NCBI GenBank assembly: GCA_951406725.2
Contig: OX597815.1
Location: 57,102,001 to 57,166,000 of the forward strand
Source of the DNA: Octopus vulgaris
Lineage: Eukaryota
Direction: 5' to 3'
Length of the DNA: 64,000 nt
This document shows positions 39,019 through 50,584 of this stretch, one piece after another. Within the stretch, counting starts at the first letter, position 1. Each line of letters starts with the position of its first letter. Below the pieces are notes generated by a model. That model did no database searches and was not told where the DNA came from. It worked only from the letters and a program-made list of their open reading frames with translations. Both the position numbers and the translations under genes were made by a program.

Positions 39019-42000
39019 ATCATCATCATCATCATCATCGTTTAACGTCCGCTTTCCGCGCTAGCACGGGTTGGACGGTTCGACCGGGTCTGGGAAGCCA
39101 GGGGCCGCTCCAGGCTCCAGTCTGAATCTGGCAGAGTTTCTACGGCTGGATGCCCTTCCTAACGCCAACCACTCCGTGAGTGGATTGGGTGCTTTTTACG
39201 TGCCACCTGCACAGGGGCCGGAGGGTCCGGCATCGTTACGATCGGTTCGAGCATTTTAACGTGTCAGCGGCACGGGGGCAACGAGGTCCGGGGTACTTTG
39301 GGGATCGGGGTACTTTGGGGATCCAGGGTACTTTGGGGATCCGGGGTAAGTAGAATGGGTAGGGGGTATGTGGAATTGCTGCAGAAAGCAGCCCGGGTCT
39401 TTGTAGTCACAGCATATCTCCAGAGATCTCGGTCCTTCGCCATTGCCTCAGTGAGGCCCAATGCTCTGAGGTCATGCTTGACCACCTCATCCCATGTCTT
39501 CCTGGGTCTACCTCTCCCCCTGATACCTTCAACTGTTTGGGAGTGGCACTTCTTCACACATCTCTCTTCATCCATCCGCAGCACATGACCATACCATCGC
39601 AAGCGTCGCTCTTGCACACCACATCTGATGCTTCTTATATCCAGCATTTCTCTCAGGATACTTACACTCTGTTTTGCGTGCACACTGACACTACACATCC
39701 AGCGGATCATGCTAGCTTCATTTCTTTCAAGTCTACGCATGTCTTCTGCAGTCACAGCCCATGTTTCATTACCGTGAAGCATGGCAGTTCGCACACATGC
39801 ATCATACAATCTACCTTTTGCTCTGAGGGAGAGACCTTTTGTTGCCAGTAGGGGTAGGAGCTTTCTGAACTTTGCCCAGGCTATTCGTATTCTAGTGGTG
39901 ATACTCTCTGTGCATCTACCTCCGCTACTAACTTGGTCACCCAGGTAGCGGAAACTATCAACTACTTCTAGTTTCTCTCCCTGGAGTGTGATGGAATCTG
40001 TTTTCTGAGTGTCTGTTGTGTCTATTGTCCCTGTGCATCTGCCGCACATGAAAGCTATCTTATCTGTTAATTTCCCTTTAATGTTGCTGCACCTCTTATG
40101 TGTCCATAACTTACATTGGGTGCATCTTATGGAGTTTCTACCTGTACCTTTCCTACAGGTTGAGCAGGGCCACCTACCCGAGGGGATGTGTGCTGAGTAC
40201 CTCTTGCTGCTTACTAATACTTTGGTCTTTGCTACATTTATTCTAAGGCCCTTTGATTCCAACCCTTGCTTCCACACCCGAAATTTCTCTTCTATTTCCG
40301 GTAGTGATTCTGCTATGAGAGCTAGGTCATCGGCATAGAGGAGCTCCCAGGGGCATCCCGTTTTGAATTCCTCTGTTATTGCCTGAAGGACTATGATGAA
40401 TAAAAGGGGACTGAGGGCTGAGCCCTGGTGCACACCTACTTCTACCCGGAATTCTTCACTATATTCGTTGCCAATCCTAACCTTACTGACAGCCTCTCTG
40501 TATAGAGCCTGTACAGCCCTTATTAGCCATTCTTCAATCTCCAGTTTCCGCATCGACCACCAGATAAGGGAACGGGGAACCCTGTCAAAGGCTTTCTCCA
40601 AGTCTACAAAAGCTATGTAGAGGGGTTTATCTTTAGCTAGGTACTTCTCTTGCAGTTGTCGGACCAGGAATATAGCATCAGTGGTGCTTCTACCTGGTAC
40701 AAAACCGAACTGCATTTCATCTAAACAAATTCTCTCCCTAATGAGATTGGTTATGACCTTCTCTGAGACCTTCATCACCTGGTCCAACAGTTTGATACCT
40801 CTGTAGTTATTTCTATCTAGAGCATCACCCTTACCCTTGTAGCAGTTGACTATGGTGCTGCTGCACCAGTCATTGGGTATGACTCCATTGTGAACTACCT
40901 GGTTTACAATGCGGGTGACTATGGCATAGCCCACATATCCAGCTGTTTTAAGCATCTCAGCAGTGATTCCTGATAGGCCAGGGGCTTTGCCTGGTTTCAT
41001 ATCCTTAATTGCCTTATCTACAAGGGAGCTGTCTATTCGGGTAGCTGGTCCCTCTACTGGGTCAACATTTGGCAGGCTCTCCTCCTCCCATTCATTCTCC
41101 TCATTCAGCAGTCTTTCATAATGGCTTCTCCAAGCCTCTTTCTTTTCACTAGTAGTAAAAGCAAGTGCCCCATCATCCATGCGGACACATTTCTCTCCTA
41201 TAACATCGCTATTTTCTCTGACACACTGTCTGGCAATCCGAAATACTTCAGCTCTTTGATCCTCGCGACGCTGGACATTGGCAAACTTCTTCTTTTCTGC
41301 TACATCTTTGGCAATGTATACCTGCCGCCCAGCCTCCCTTTTGGCTATCTGGTACAGTTCCCTGCTGCCCCCATCCTTCCAGGCTTTCCAGGCCCGTCTC
41401 TTTTCACAGATGGCTTTATCTACTGCACTATTCCACCACCACGTAATTCTAGGTCTGGAAGGGACTTTGCACCATCCACAGACTTGGTCTGTGGCACTCA
41501 ACAAGCTGTCCCGTAGGAATTCCCAGCTACCTTCTATGTCTGACGTCTGAAGCTCCTCCTCCCTCTCATCAAATTTCTTGATGAGTATGTCCCTAAATTT
41601 CTGACCATGCGAAGGGTTCTTTAGCCTCCAAATCCTTCTTTTCTGGATTGGTTTGTTTCTTGGAGTCCTTCTGGCCTCAAGCTTAAAGTCACTGATGATT
41701 AGTCTATGCTGAGGGATACATTCTTCACCCGGGAGGGTCTTTGTATTCAAGAGCAACCCTGCATCCCGTTGTCTGGTGAGGATGAAGTCTATTTGGCTAG
41801 CGGAGTCTCCTGACTGATAAGTTATAAGGTGGCAGACTGGCTTCTTGAAGTTAGTGTTGCAGATTGAAAGGTTACATGCATCACAGAATTCCAGCAGTCG
41901 AATTCCCTCATCATTTCTGGTGCCAATACCATAGCCACCATGTACCCCAGTGAAGATACCCGATTCCCGCCCAACATGCCCATTAAAATCTCCACCTACA

Positions 42001-43786
42001 AAGATGAGGTCCTTGTTACTAGTCTTTGAAGTAGCCTGCAGAAGGGTATCATAAAAGTTGTCCTTCTGATCATTTGGTAGTCCCGCTTGTGGGGCATAGG
42101 CTGAGATAATCATAGCTGTGCCACTCTGTAGGACCAACCTGAGCTTAAGCACTCTATCACAAACCCTGACAACCTCTATGTCCTTATCCACCCATTCCTC
42201 CGCAAGGAGAATGCCTACACCCCCTACACCTTCCGCGTTACCTTGCCAGTAGAGTTTGTACCTAAGTGCCTTGCCCGTGAGGACCCTAGCCGAAGCATCT
42301 CTCCATCTTACCTCTTGTATGCAGCATACATCAACCTGTCTTTTCTCTAGCATCTCTACAATCTCACTAGACTTGCCTGTCAATGTACCAACATTGATAG
42401 TGCCAACTCTGAAAACTGGGAAGGAGATGGGGGGGACGGGGGGATTCGGCGCCTGAGAAGAGGAGGGTTGTTGTGGTGGTGATAGTTTTCGTGGTATTTT
42501 TCTTTTGATCTCTCTTCCAACCTGACCACGCCGTGGGCAGGAGCTGGTGTTAGCAGTGGACATTCGTTATCGTCACTGAGTAACGTAATTAGGTAGAGGA
42601 AAGAAATACAGATATTCTAGAGTTGAGTTGGGGAGGGGGGTCCAGTTGAGGCGGGTAATATAGGGGAGCAACCAGTGGGGAAGGTTGGGGTAAGGAGGAA
42701 CGATGGCAGGAAGGGTTGGTGTAGGTTCGTAAGAAATAAAAACGTAGGATATTACGAGGCGGGAGGGTACTAAAAGGGGATGGTCGGATTGAGGCAGTGT
42801 CAGGAGGAAGCGTAAGATCGGTGGGCAGTTGATGAGCTATGGCGCTAGCAGCTTGTCTTTTCACAGTGAAAGCATATGAGGACAAGGGGTAGTGGGGGGA
42901 GGAGGAGGGAGTAGGGCGTATCCGGTGTAGATGGTGAGAACAGGGTATACTGGTATTGGTGGTGGGGGTGAGAACAGTGTTCACCGGTATTGGTGGTGGG
43001 GGTGAGAACAGTGTTCACCGGTATTGGTGGTGGGGGTGAGAACAGTGTTCATCGGTATTGGTGGTGGGGGGGGCGGGCGCACCGCCGATGGCGGAAAGAT
43101 GGGGAAAGATGGGATTACGGCTTGAGGTAGCCTAAGGTTAAATTTCGTAGAGAGAGAGAGATAGGAAAGATAAATCAAGTTATGGCGAAGGCTTGAAAGT
43201 AGCCTAAAAGGTTAAATTTTCGTAGTGAGTGAGATGGGTAAGACGAATCAAGTTATCAATGTATGAATAAACGTAGTAACAACGAATAAAAATAGTAAGA
43301 TAAATTTTTAAGAACTTGCTGCGGGCATCGACCGGGAGTTGAAATTGAAGAAGAAAGTAAGTTGAATTGGGAATTTAAATTGCAGAATCGTAATGGTAAT
43401 GGCGATTTTCAAGTTTTAGCATAAGAAGAAGAAGAGGAGGAAGGAAAGACCGCCGATGGCGGAAAGATGGGGAAAGATGGGATTACGGCTTGAGGTAGCC
43501 TAAGGTTAAATTTCGTAGAGAGAGAGATAGGAAAGATAAATCAAGTTATGGCGAAGGCTTGAAAGTAGCCTAAAAGGTTAAATTTTCGTAGTGAGTGAGA
43601 TGGGTAAGACGAATCAAGTTATCAATGTATGAATAAACGTAGTAACAACGAATAAAAATAGTAAGATAAATTTTTAAGAACTTGCTGCGGGCATCGACCG
43701 GGAGTTGAAATTGAAGAAGAAAGTAAGTTAAATTGGGAATTTAAATTGCAGAATCGTAATGGTAATGGCGATTTTCAAGTTTTAGC

Positions 43787-43790
<4 letters not shown>
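39019..43790 (-). mobile_element. Full-length RTE LINE inserted in (TA)n
   Basis: (TGA)n tail at 39019, single long ORF, repetitive 5' region, (TA)n on both flanks. Confidence 0.9.
39264..42563 (-). CDS. RTE ORF (APE endonuclease, RT with internal PHD finger), 1099 aa uninterrupted
   Basis: GTINVGT, IQEVRW, GDFNGH, QIDF, QHRL; NYRGIKL, QFGF, DLEKAFD, HQGSALSP, YADD, FRYLG, RLRWYGHV. Confidence 0.95.
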   Translation of the reverse strand: MSTANTSSCPRRGQVGREIKRKIPRKLSPPQQPSSSQAPNPPVPPISFPVFRVGTINVGTLTGKSSEIVEMLEKRQVDVCCIQEVRWRDASARVLTGKALRYKLYWQGNAEGVGGVGILLAEEWVDKDIEVVRVCDRVLKLRLVLQSGTAMIISAYAPQAGLPNDQKDNFYDTLLQATSKTSNKDLIFVGGDFNGHVGRESGIFTGVHGGYGIGTRNDEGIRLLEFCDACNLSICNTNFKKPVCHLITYQSGDSASQIDFILTRQRDAGLLLNTKTLPGEECIPQHRLIISDFKLEARRTPRNKPIQKRRIWRLKNPSHGQKFRDILIKKFDEREEELQTSDIEGSWEFLRDSLLSATDQVCGWCKVPSRPRITWWWNSAVDKAICEKRRAWKAWKDGGSRELYQIAKREAGRQVYIAKDVAEKKKFANVQRREDQRAEVFRIARQCVRENSDVIGEKCVRMDDGALAFTTSEKKEAWRSHYERLLNEENEWEEESLPNVDPVEGPATRIDSSLVDKAIKDMKPGKAPGLSGITAEMLKTAGYVGYAIVTRIVNQVVHNGVIPNDWCSSTIVNCYKGKGDALDRNNYRGIKLLDQVMKVSEKVITNLIRERICLDEMQFGFVPGRSTTDAIFLVRQLQEKYLAKDKPLYIAFVDLEKAFDRVPRSLIWWSMRKLEIEEWLIRAVQALYREAVSKVRIGNEYSEEFRVEVGVHQGSALSPLLFIIVLQAITEEFKTGCPWELLYADDLALIAESLPEIEEKFRVWKQGLESKGLRINVAKTKVLVSSKRYSAHIPSGRWPCSTCRKGTGRNSIRCTQCKLWTHKRCSNIKGKLTDKIAFMCGRCTGTIDTTDTQKTDSITLQGEKLEVVDSFRYLGDQVSSGGRCTESITTRIRIAWAKFRKLLPLLATKGLSLRAKGRLYDACVRTAMLHGNETWAVTAEDMRRLERNEASMIRWMCSVSVHAKQSVSILREMLDIRSIRCGVQERRLRWYGHVLRMDEERCVKKCHSQTVEGIRGRGRPRKTWDEVVKHDLRALGLTEAMAKDRDLWRYAVTTKTRAAFCSNSTYPLPILLTPDPQSTLDPQSTPIPKVPRTSLPPCR

Positions 43791-43834
<44 letters not shown>

Positions 43835-43843
43835 TGTTTGTCT

Positions 43844-43906
43844 TAATAACTGACGAGATGCCGGAGCAAACTTCCGCTCCGACATCCGAAACTTTATTTT
43901 TTATTA
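43844..43906 (+). ncRNA. Degenerate hammerhead motif
   Basis: UAAUAA CUGACGA GAUGCCGGAGC...GCUCCGACAUCC GAAAC...UUAUUA; stem III imperfect. Confidence 0.45.
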
Positions 43907-43992
43907 TGGCAACCAACTAATTGTCGTGTATTATATTATATTATATTATATTATATTATATTATATTATATTATATTATATTATATTATAAT

Positions 43993-44062
<70 letters not shown>

Positions 44063-44199
44063 GTAACAAGGATGTCAATATCTTTACATCTTTGTTACTT
44101 ATTTGCTTTTTATTCACCTTACTTCTAGCTGTGCAGATAATACCGGATTGAATTGATGTCTCAACGTAAATACCTAATTCAACAGAATCTTAATTATTT

Positions 44200-46920
44200 A
44201 TGTATCACCTTGATCACCTTGACCGACCAGTCCCACGGGCGTCCATTTGACATCGCTGGTCATAGCACGCCGTCCACTCCTCTCTGGATCGCGCCTTCCT
44301 CATCCACGTGGTCCCAATCGTCCTCCTAAAATCGTAATTCCACCGTCATGGAGGCCTTCCGAGTGGCCGTTTCCGCTCGCGCGGGTGCCACTCGACAATT
44401 GCGCGGGTCCACCGATTATCAGTGAGCCAGGCGACGTGTCCAGCCCATCTAAACTTGCTGCGTGTATATTCTACGATTGACATCTCTCACACCAGACTTC
44501 TGTCTGATGACCTCGTTACTGATGTGCTCTCTCAATGAGATTCCAAGCATTGACATCTCCATGGCTCTTTGGGCCGTTACCAGTCTCTTCTCTTCTCTCT
44601 TTGTTGTAGCCCATGTTTCACTACTACGAGGGACGTTCAATAAGTAATGCCTCTGACCCACTTGCAGTTGTTTGATCTTGCTGAAATTTTGCATGTGCAA
44701 TCATTTATATCTCTATAGAGTAAGTGGCAAATTACAGCTCTGAATTAATTGTGGTTTCTGATTTACAGGTGTTTGAACCGAGTCAAGTGTGAAATGGAGC
44801 CTGTTGAGTGTCGAGCAGTGATCCGGTTTTTGTATTTGAAAGGACGCACACCACGGGAGACGATGCCCCATCATATGACCTTGTAAAACGCTGGCATCGT
44901 GAATTCAAACATGGTCGGAACTTTGTGGAAACAGCTCCCAGATCTGGTCGCCCCCTTCTGCCATTGATGAGGCATCTGTCCGTCAAGCTGAGGCTGCCAT
45001 TTTAGAAGATCGACGCATAATTATTCGCCAAATAGCCCATGAGGTCAAGATTAGTACCGGGTCTGTGGAAACTATCATTCACGACCATTTGCACATGCAA
45101 AAGGTGTCTGCCAGATGGATTCCCAGGCTGCTCACGCCTTTCCAGAAGCAAGAACGCGTCGAGTGCTCGAGGGTGAATTTGGAGATGTGCCAAGAAGATG
45201 AGTCAAAATTTTTCAAAAGACCGATTACACAGGATGAAACCTGGGTCCATCACGATGATCCAGAGACCAAAGCCCAGTCAATGCAGTGGAAGCACCGTGA
45301 CTCACCCCCTCCAAAGAAGGCAAGGGTGCAGCCCTCCGCTGGCAAGGTCATGCTCACAGTCTTCTGGGACCAGGACGGAGTAGTGATGACAGATTTCCTG
45401 GCAAAGGGTACCACAATTGCAGGAGCCTATTATGCTTCACTTTTGAGGAAATTAAGAGAAGTTATCAAAATCAAGAGGCGGGGCAAGATCAGCAAAGGCA
45501 TCCTCCTCCTGCAGGACAACGCTCCGGTCCACAACTCGCTTGTCGCCAGATCAGAAGCACAGGCGTATGGCTATGAACTCCTCTCCATCCCCCCTACTTT
45601 CCTGACCTTGCACCCTCTGATTTTCACCTCTTCCCAATCATGAAGTTGTTTTTGAAAGGAAAGCATTTTCCAGATGATGCAGCCTTGATTTCTGAAGTCA
45701 CGTTGAGGTTGTAGGACCAAGCTGGGTTCTTCTACAAAAACGGTCTCCAGAGCCGCATCAAACGATGGGAGAAATGCGTAACTCTGGGTGGTTCCTATGT
45801 AGAAAAAGACTAATAACTGTGCCAAGTTTCGTTGCTCTATTGCTATGGGAAGTGGGTCAGGGGCATTACTTATTGAACGCCCCTCGTATATAACATTGCA
45901 GGTAGAACTGTGTTATTGATGAAGTTAGTGAGGGTGGTCCTGTCCAACGTTCCTCTGAGCCATTAAACGCCTTCCATCCGGCCCTTAATCTCCGTGAGAT
46001 CTCCTTTTCTCGGCACATATTCACTTCCTGTCCCAGCTAGACATATTCCTTTACCTCCTCTATTTCATCACTGCCGACCACCATTCGACCTGTTGGTATG
46101 TTGTCGGATCGCATGAATTTCGTATTCATGCGGTTCATCTTGAAACCTACTGCAGAGCTTTTGATGTCGAGCTTCGTCAGCATGGTCTGAAGCTGATCCG
46201 TGGTTTCAGCGATGATTACGATGTCATCAGCAAAACGGAGGTGGGTGAGTAGCTCGCCATTGATGTTGACACCGCCTTGCCAGTCGATGCCTCTGATGAT
46301 CTGCTCGAGACATGCGGTGAAAAATTTTTGAGAGATCGCATCTCGACCGACACTCGTACGGGTGATGACAGCAAAGCTATGTCGGTGGTGCATCCGGAAT
46401 TTGCCTTCCTGAGTAGTTGCACATATTGCGCCTCGACTCACATATTGCTCTGCAGCGAGTTCAGCACTGCGTTGGTTTCGCCGCTGTCGACGGCCTTTCT
46501 CATAGTCAACAAACGCAACGCAAAGAGGCAGCTTGTACTCATTCGCTCGCTCAAGCAGTTGTGTTCGAGTAAATATATGGTCCATCGTACTGTAGTTCTT
46601 CTAGAAGCTGACTTGCTCCTTCGGTTGCTGTTCGTCGAGATGACGTGACAACTTGTTCAGAATTATCTTCGTGAACAACTTGTACACGTGAGACAGCAGA
46701 CATATGGCTCGGTAGTTCTTTAGATCTTTTCTATCACCCTTCTTACATAGCAGGATGGTATTTGACTCTTTCCACTGCGACGGAACTCTTCCCTCGTCTA
46801 CATAGTGCGTGAATCGCTCGGCGAGGATTTTCCATAGCTGCTCTCTGCCTGACTTTAACACCTCCGATAGTATGTTGTCTCTCCCTGGCGCCTTTCCATT
46901 TTTCATCAAGTCGATGGCTC
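44200..46920 (-). mobile_element. RTE LINE (different family), degenerate, interrupted by a mariner
   Basis: NGKAPG, NYRAICLL, AFVDYEK, LRFADD, LPAMLY/SSETW split at the insertion. Confidence 0.9.
44627..45886 (+). mobile_element. Mariner, same family as 4869-6135
   Basis: Same TIRs; TA TSD at 44625-26 and 45887-88; ORF 45065-45643. Confidence 0.95.
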
Positions 46921-46922
46921 TT

Positions 46923-46992
<70 letters not shown>

Positions 46993-47024
46993 TGTATGTA
47001 TGTATGTATGTATGTATGTATGTA

Positions 47025-47702
47025 TAGGATCAGGGACCCTTTTGAGCGTTCTATTTTCCTTGCTGGAAGGGTTCCTAACCCTTGGGCAAAGAGTGGTTAC
47101 ATGATGGGGGTGGTGTTTTCAAAAGGGTCGGCATATGCAACCTGATCACCTCTGCCGATCTAACTCCCAACCCATGCGCTCCCATCGCGACATTGATTCT
47201 GCAGAACTGGGTTGGGTGTGAAAACCAATGTTTTTGAATCAGCAATGTTCGATTAAGTTGTATTTGGGGTGAAAAATAAATAAACTGATTCCTTATGGGG
47301 TTTTCCATTTAATCAGGATTTAAAAAATCGATAAACCGATTTCTTATAGGACTTCCCACTAAAATTCGCTACAGCCCATTTTCAACCAACGTCTACCAAT
47401 TTTGATGTATTTTGTTCAAACTTGATGTCAGCATTACTTAGGACTCATGGGATATTTGAATGCTTTAAGTTCTCCAAAAACGAAAAAAAATAAGCAATCG
47501 ATGAGTGGAAAAAATTGATAAACCGATTCCTTATGGGATTTCCCAATCAAGTTGTCTGCAAAATTTCAGCCCAAAGTTTACCAATTTCAACGGATTTCAC
47601 TCAAATTTGACGTCGATGTTACTTAGTTTGCTTTGAAATAAAGAGCTTAATTAGCTTAATAATCCTAACTTAATCCAGAGCAAAGCCGGGCTATACTGCT
47701 AG
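47025..47702 (+). mobile_element. Non-autonomous Helitron-like element
   Basis: 3' end ccagagcaaagccggg (imperfect GC hairpin)...CTAG followed by T; internal diverged repeats; 5' boundary uncertain, within the (TATG)n tract. Confidence 0.6.
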
Positions 47703-49277
47703 TATATATCTATATATATATATATATACACATACACACATACACACACACACGCACACACGCACACACACACACATATACATGCACATGATAGACACAT
47801 CATAAGATATATATATATATAGTCAACTCAAATAAGCGAAAAAAATCGGGCAGCATGAGGATGTGCATAAGAAATGTACTAGCTTGACACTCCGTGAAAG
47901 GAGAGAGTTTGATATTTCAAACATAGCTATTCATTAGAAAGGAGAAAGAGAAATGTCCAAGAAGACTGACGCAGTCCCGCAAAATGGGTTGTGAAATTTC
48001 TAACAATATATTTGTTATAAGACAAAAATTAATAAAGACAATAATAAAATATTTATAGTTTTATTATAATTATATATCAGCAAGAATAGTAATTAAAATT
48101 CGTTAATTAAAACATATATTTTAAAAAATACATAATAGGACAGATAAACATAACTCAGATCACGATAAAAAAAAATTGTATAGTGAAATAAACCAATGTG
48201 ACAGAGTTAAATGATGAATAAACTGTGTATATGATTAGAACTTGAATAATTGTGATGTAAATGCATAATTCAGTACTAGACATTTCTTGCAAGATTCAAA
48301 CAACTAGAATGAGAAACAGAAGGGCAGAAATAAAGAAAGCATAAATTATGGAGGCTCACAAACTTTTGCAAATGCATATTGCACTTAGAATCCAGTTAGA
48401 TCAATCTGTGTGTGTTCATGTATATCACCTCTATGTTATAATTCTGAAATGCAAAATGTTTGTTTGTCTGGTTTTGGCATGAGAATGGGTTAAAGGCCAA
48501 TAGATCCCGTCGGATTGACTCTAAAATTTACAGGGTCATGTAAAATGAGGTTAGGATGCGAGTGGGCTAGGTTGAAAGCGTCTGAGCAGGTCTCTGAAGC
48601 TTTTGCATCCCTGTCCATTCCTATCTCTGCCCACGGTAGCATTCCAATCCCCCACTAAAAGTAAAGGACGAGACGTTCCTAGGAATACTTCTAGATGTTG
48701 AAAGAAATTCGAGATAGATAGATATACAGACAGCCAGACAGGCAGGCAGATAGATAATACTTTTATCGCTGCATTGCTTGTTGGTTTCTTTTTGGCATCT
48801 GTTATTTTATTATTGGTCTTCTATATAAATGAAGCTATATCCTTTAATTTGCCGCTTTTCTTCGCAAGAGCTGAGAAGATAAATTGCAGAACTATTATTT
48901 TAACAAGTTGTATCTTTTTATCACCTGAAGAGACAAATCTGCACTGTCGGATGCTTCTGAACCAGTTGTTAAATATCCCACTCATGAGGGATCAATGCTA
49001 GATGTGTTGAAGCAATTGTATTGATTAATAAACTCTTATTACCTTTCATCTTTTGTCTCTCATTAACTAGATATAGATATGCATTTGAATACTTTTATAT
49101 ATAAGTATTCACACACATAATATATATACATGCATACTTTATATATACATATATGTATATACACAGACACACACACATACACAGTCATACACTATGTATT
49201 TGGTATTGGCATCAAAGGCAGTGGTGAGTGGTACCACAACAGAACCCTACTTTCTAATAAAAAGAAAATATATATAC

Positions 49278-50090
49278 AAGGTGTGATGGGTAAATTGTTA
49301 CCATGTGCATTGTTTGCTTTTGATTTTGTTGACTACACAGTATAGTAGGGTCAGTTGGGCACTGTCTGTGAGAAAAACAGCACCATGACGCAATTTACTC
49401 TGCCAGAAATTTGGAAATGACATGCTGCACTGCTTGGCATTCGTGCCAGAAGCTCGAATATGAACAAACAGTGAACACACAGAACAATCATGTAACGAGA
49501 GTGATAAAAATCAAACATCCAGTTAACATAATAGTATTTGGAGTGATCACTAGTGATGGTGATGTTATGCCTCCATTCAACTTCCCATACAGCCTCTGAC
49601 TCAACATGGAAGCCTACATCAAGTGCCTGGAGGAGGTAGTGCTGCCCTGGGGCCAAGAGGGTGACTGCTAGAAGACCCTGTATCTGGCAACAGGAGTTTG
49701 TATCATTTCACACAAGCAGGAGAACCCAGTCCTGGCTGTCAAACAATTTCTGCAGCCACATCACTCCTAACATCTGGCCACAACACTGCAACCCCCTTGA
49801 TTATTGTGTGTGGGGTGCAGTTGAACAAGAGACCAACAAAACTTCTTGTAACACCAAAGATGAACTGAAAGCAAGGATTATGGTAGCATTCACCAACTTA
49901 AACAAGGAGACTATCCAGAAGAGTTGCAGGAGATTCCAAAGTCACCTAGAGGCTGTGGTTGAAGCCAATGGCGATTTTATTGAATAAATTTACTCTAAAA
50001 TTATATAATTTTGGTAAATATATCTGTTAAAATGAGATGTCAGTGTTATTTTCATTTTTGCGTAATTTAGACAATATAATCGCTGCACAT
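49278..50090 (+). mobile_element. Tc1/mariner (maT-like) internally deleted copy, same family as 18345-19326
   Basis: KHPVNIIVFGVITSDG; WQQ...HTSRRTQ...CNPLDYCVW. Confidence 0.85.
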
Positions 50091-50375
50091 TATATATATA
50101 TAATTTGTTTTGCTAAATTCCTAATGTGAAATTATGTTTTGAAACAAATATTGTTATCTTTCGGGATGATCCTTTATTTTCCTTGCCAAATGAACACATT
50201 CACTAAATATTCGTAATTCACTTGTTTATTATTGTTTATATTTTATGTCCACTGTCTGGAAATCTTTCATCACATGTCCTGTGACCTCTTCAGGGACTCT
50301 CCATCCCACATGTCTCCTCCTGTTCTGTTTAGTCTATTCTATCTTTCTATGGTGAGCATCCTTATCTGCATCTAT

Positions 50376-50409
<34 letters not shown>

Positions 50410-50584
50410 GGTTTACTTACTTTACTGTTTGCATCTATGAACTTTACCTATTTATTTATCTCTATTTTCCCCCAGTTCATTTTAAGTATGTTCATAATAA
50501 GAAAAAAGGAAAAGAGAGAAAAAAGAAAAAACCAAAACAATTCACCACCTTTGGTTGAAAAGTTGGGGGCGGTAGGAAACTTCT

